A model generated the notes under the pieces. It saw nothing but the letters and a program-made list of their open reading frames with translations, searched no databases and had not been told where the DNA came from. Position numbers and translations under genes: made by a program. DNA of 64,000 nucleotides from Schmidtea polychroa (taxonomy: Eukaryota): contig CM097886.1 of NCBI GenBank assembly GCA_044892525.1, positions 166,706,312-166,770,311 on the forward strand, in the 5' to 3' direction. Below are positions 62,239 to 64,000 of this stretch, one piece after another. Numbering within the stretch: the first letter of the stretch is position 1; every line of letters begins with the position of its first letter.

Positions 62239-63219
62239 ATTTAATTTCATTAATTTAATTACAACTGTTAGTTAAATTGTGTGAATAATAATAATAAAAT
62301 ATTTGTTTTGTGAATTGAAATATCTCAAACAATATTGCTGAAAATGATGCTGAATTTGAAAGGAATGAATGAAGGGGTCAGGTTGAACCTTTCGCTTGTT
62401 GAGACTCCTAGTAATATCGTTTATGGACAATTATAGAACGTATATGATAAAGATGTGCAGTCTATTCATTGGACAATTTCAATATTATGGAATATCAAAT
62501 AATTACAATTTATTAAGCAAAAACTATTTAATAAATTTTATTTAAATAAAAATCTGCTTCGAAAAGACAGATTGGTCCTTTTAAAGGGACTAGCTTCGGC
62601 GGGATGCCAGACACTTCAGCATCATCTTTATAGTGTCCACTCTAGTCCTGTATGTTTCAAAGTACAGGGCTGCTTCTGAAAATGAATCTCATCTCTCGCA
62701 ATCGTCAATCTTTCGGCATTCAGTAGTCACATTCTCCTGGGAAGTTTGTGGGGCAATCAATTATCAGATTCTCCTGGGCTGTTGTGTTTATGGGGCAGTC
62801 GTTTGGTTAAAGTTCATTATCAGTATATCATTTTTATAGAGTCTATACTAGTTCATCTCATCTCTCGTAATCATCAATCTTTCAATCATCAGTCATTTGG
62901 TAATCGTTATATTTCAAAATTTCACAAATAACAAAATATATTTAAAGGAAGGCCAAAGACAAGTCGAGAAAAATACCCAATCACAGTAAAACAATAAAAT
63001 AGCCATCACGATGCAAGTAAACAAAGAAAAATAGCCATCACAAGGCACAGGAAAATTAATGTCAACGTGACTACACTATACAACAGTTAGTTTAATTACA
63101 ATAAATGAATACAATAAACACAAATTAGAAGAATAAAGCCATTACAAGGCAACAACAATTGGAAGGTTCAATTCACAAGTATTCATATCATTCATATCAT
63201 ATTCATATCATTCATAGTA

Positions 63220-63489
63220 CACTCATACCTCGCTTTACGGCCTAGATACGTTCCAGGAAAGTTGGCCGCAAAGCGAAACGCCGCATAACGAATCAAATGT
63301 TCTACGTAAATAATATGCCTTAAAAGTGGCTATTGCACCTTGATCCATTGGCTGGATTCATTTTTTTCACACTTTTTTTGGCCGTATAACGAAACATTTT
63401 AGGCCGTAAATCGAAAAAGTGCCGTAATTAAAGTAGGCCGTTATAGCGAAAAGCCGTATAAAGAGCAGCCGTATAGCGAGGTATGAGTG
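63220..63489. mobile_element. Tigger/pogo-like MITE (270 bp)
   Basis: Perfect 15-bp TIR CACTCATACCTCGCT / AGCGAGGTATGAGTG, TA on both sides, and internal GCCGTA repeats. Confidence 0.9.
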
Positions 63490-63599
63490 TATAGTAATAT
63501 AAGTACTTTCATAGGGTAATTATAATAAGTATTAAATAAAATAATTATGTTGGTAGGTAGCAACTATAAATATTAGTCAATTTAATAAGTTTCTCTCTA

Positions 63600-64000
63600 T
63601 TGCTTATTTTACTTGGATGAGTTAGGGTTATGGTGAGGAGGTGCAGATAGATTTGGTGTTTGACACTTATAATTCGTTGGGTTAATATACTCAGTTGTTA
63701 GGCTACGTCTATCCAATAATTGACCAAAAATAGTTACTTGTTCGTTAATATTGAGGTGATTCATGTACTTGTAGTCTTTAATTTTAATCTTAGTACAACA
63801 GCTGTCAAAGTAAGCGTTTATCTTAGTCTTGTGGTTTCTTACTTCGACATCTGTATTTGTTCTTATGTTTATCTCCTTATCAGTTTGCATAGTTAGGTTT
63901 GGTAATTGATTATTAATGGTCTGTAAATTATTATATTCATTTACTTGATCTCGTCTGTCTAGTAGCTCACCAAATATAGTTGTTTGCTCTTTAAGGCTAA
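63600..64000 (-). pseudogene. Possible non-LTR AP-endonuclease remnant
   Basis: ORF 63609-63890 and its flanks show a loose APE-like pattern only. Confidence 0.2.

Noticed and set aside
1-64000. Microsporidian origin, suggested by the AT content and the Gypsy/Tc1 types
   Set aside because: Long introns, low gene density, dystrophin-like exons and the metazoan-type ZCCHC7 motif argue for an animal.

Overview
Very AT-rich, transposon-dense eukaryotic scaffold with four N gaps. Spliced metazoan-type genes (a dystrophin-like 5' end and ZCCHC7, both with GT-AG introns) show this is an animal genome. A triclad flatworm is my best guess and is unverified. Host genes: the first two coding exons of a dystrophin-like gene (minus, 2484-3092), a two-exon ZCCHC7/AIR1-like gene (minus, 15894-17484), a degenerate RNF126/115-like copy and a decayed DDX39/UAP56 copy. 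Mobile DNA: a young full-length Ty3/Gypsy element (49162-54198; 317-bp LTRs, ACAAT TSD), a near-intact hAT (22928-26462, 8-bp TSD), an internally deleted DD34E Tc1/IS630-like element, and mariner, MULE, hAT, Gypsy and LINE remnants, solo LTRs and MITEs. The most unusual feature is a cluster at about 28.5-56.6 kb of seven intronless copies of a small, probably secreted, Cys-patterned protein family that I cannot assign. It has two divergent subfamilies sharing C-x5-W-x2-IF and C-x7-INPC-x2-PP-x2-LSI-x2-C. Subfamily A has five copies: three intact, one truncated inside an AGGTCA-repeat element, and one hit by two transposons. Subfamily B has two copies on the arms of a ~1.5-kb palindrome whose exact centre is a TTAA site occupied by a piggyBac-like element.
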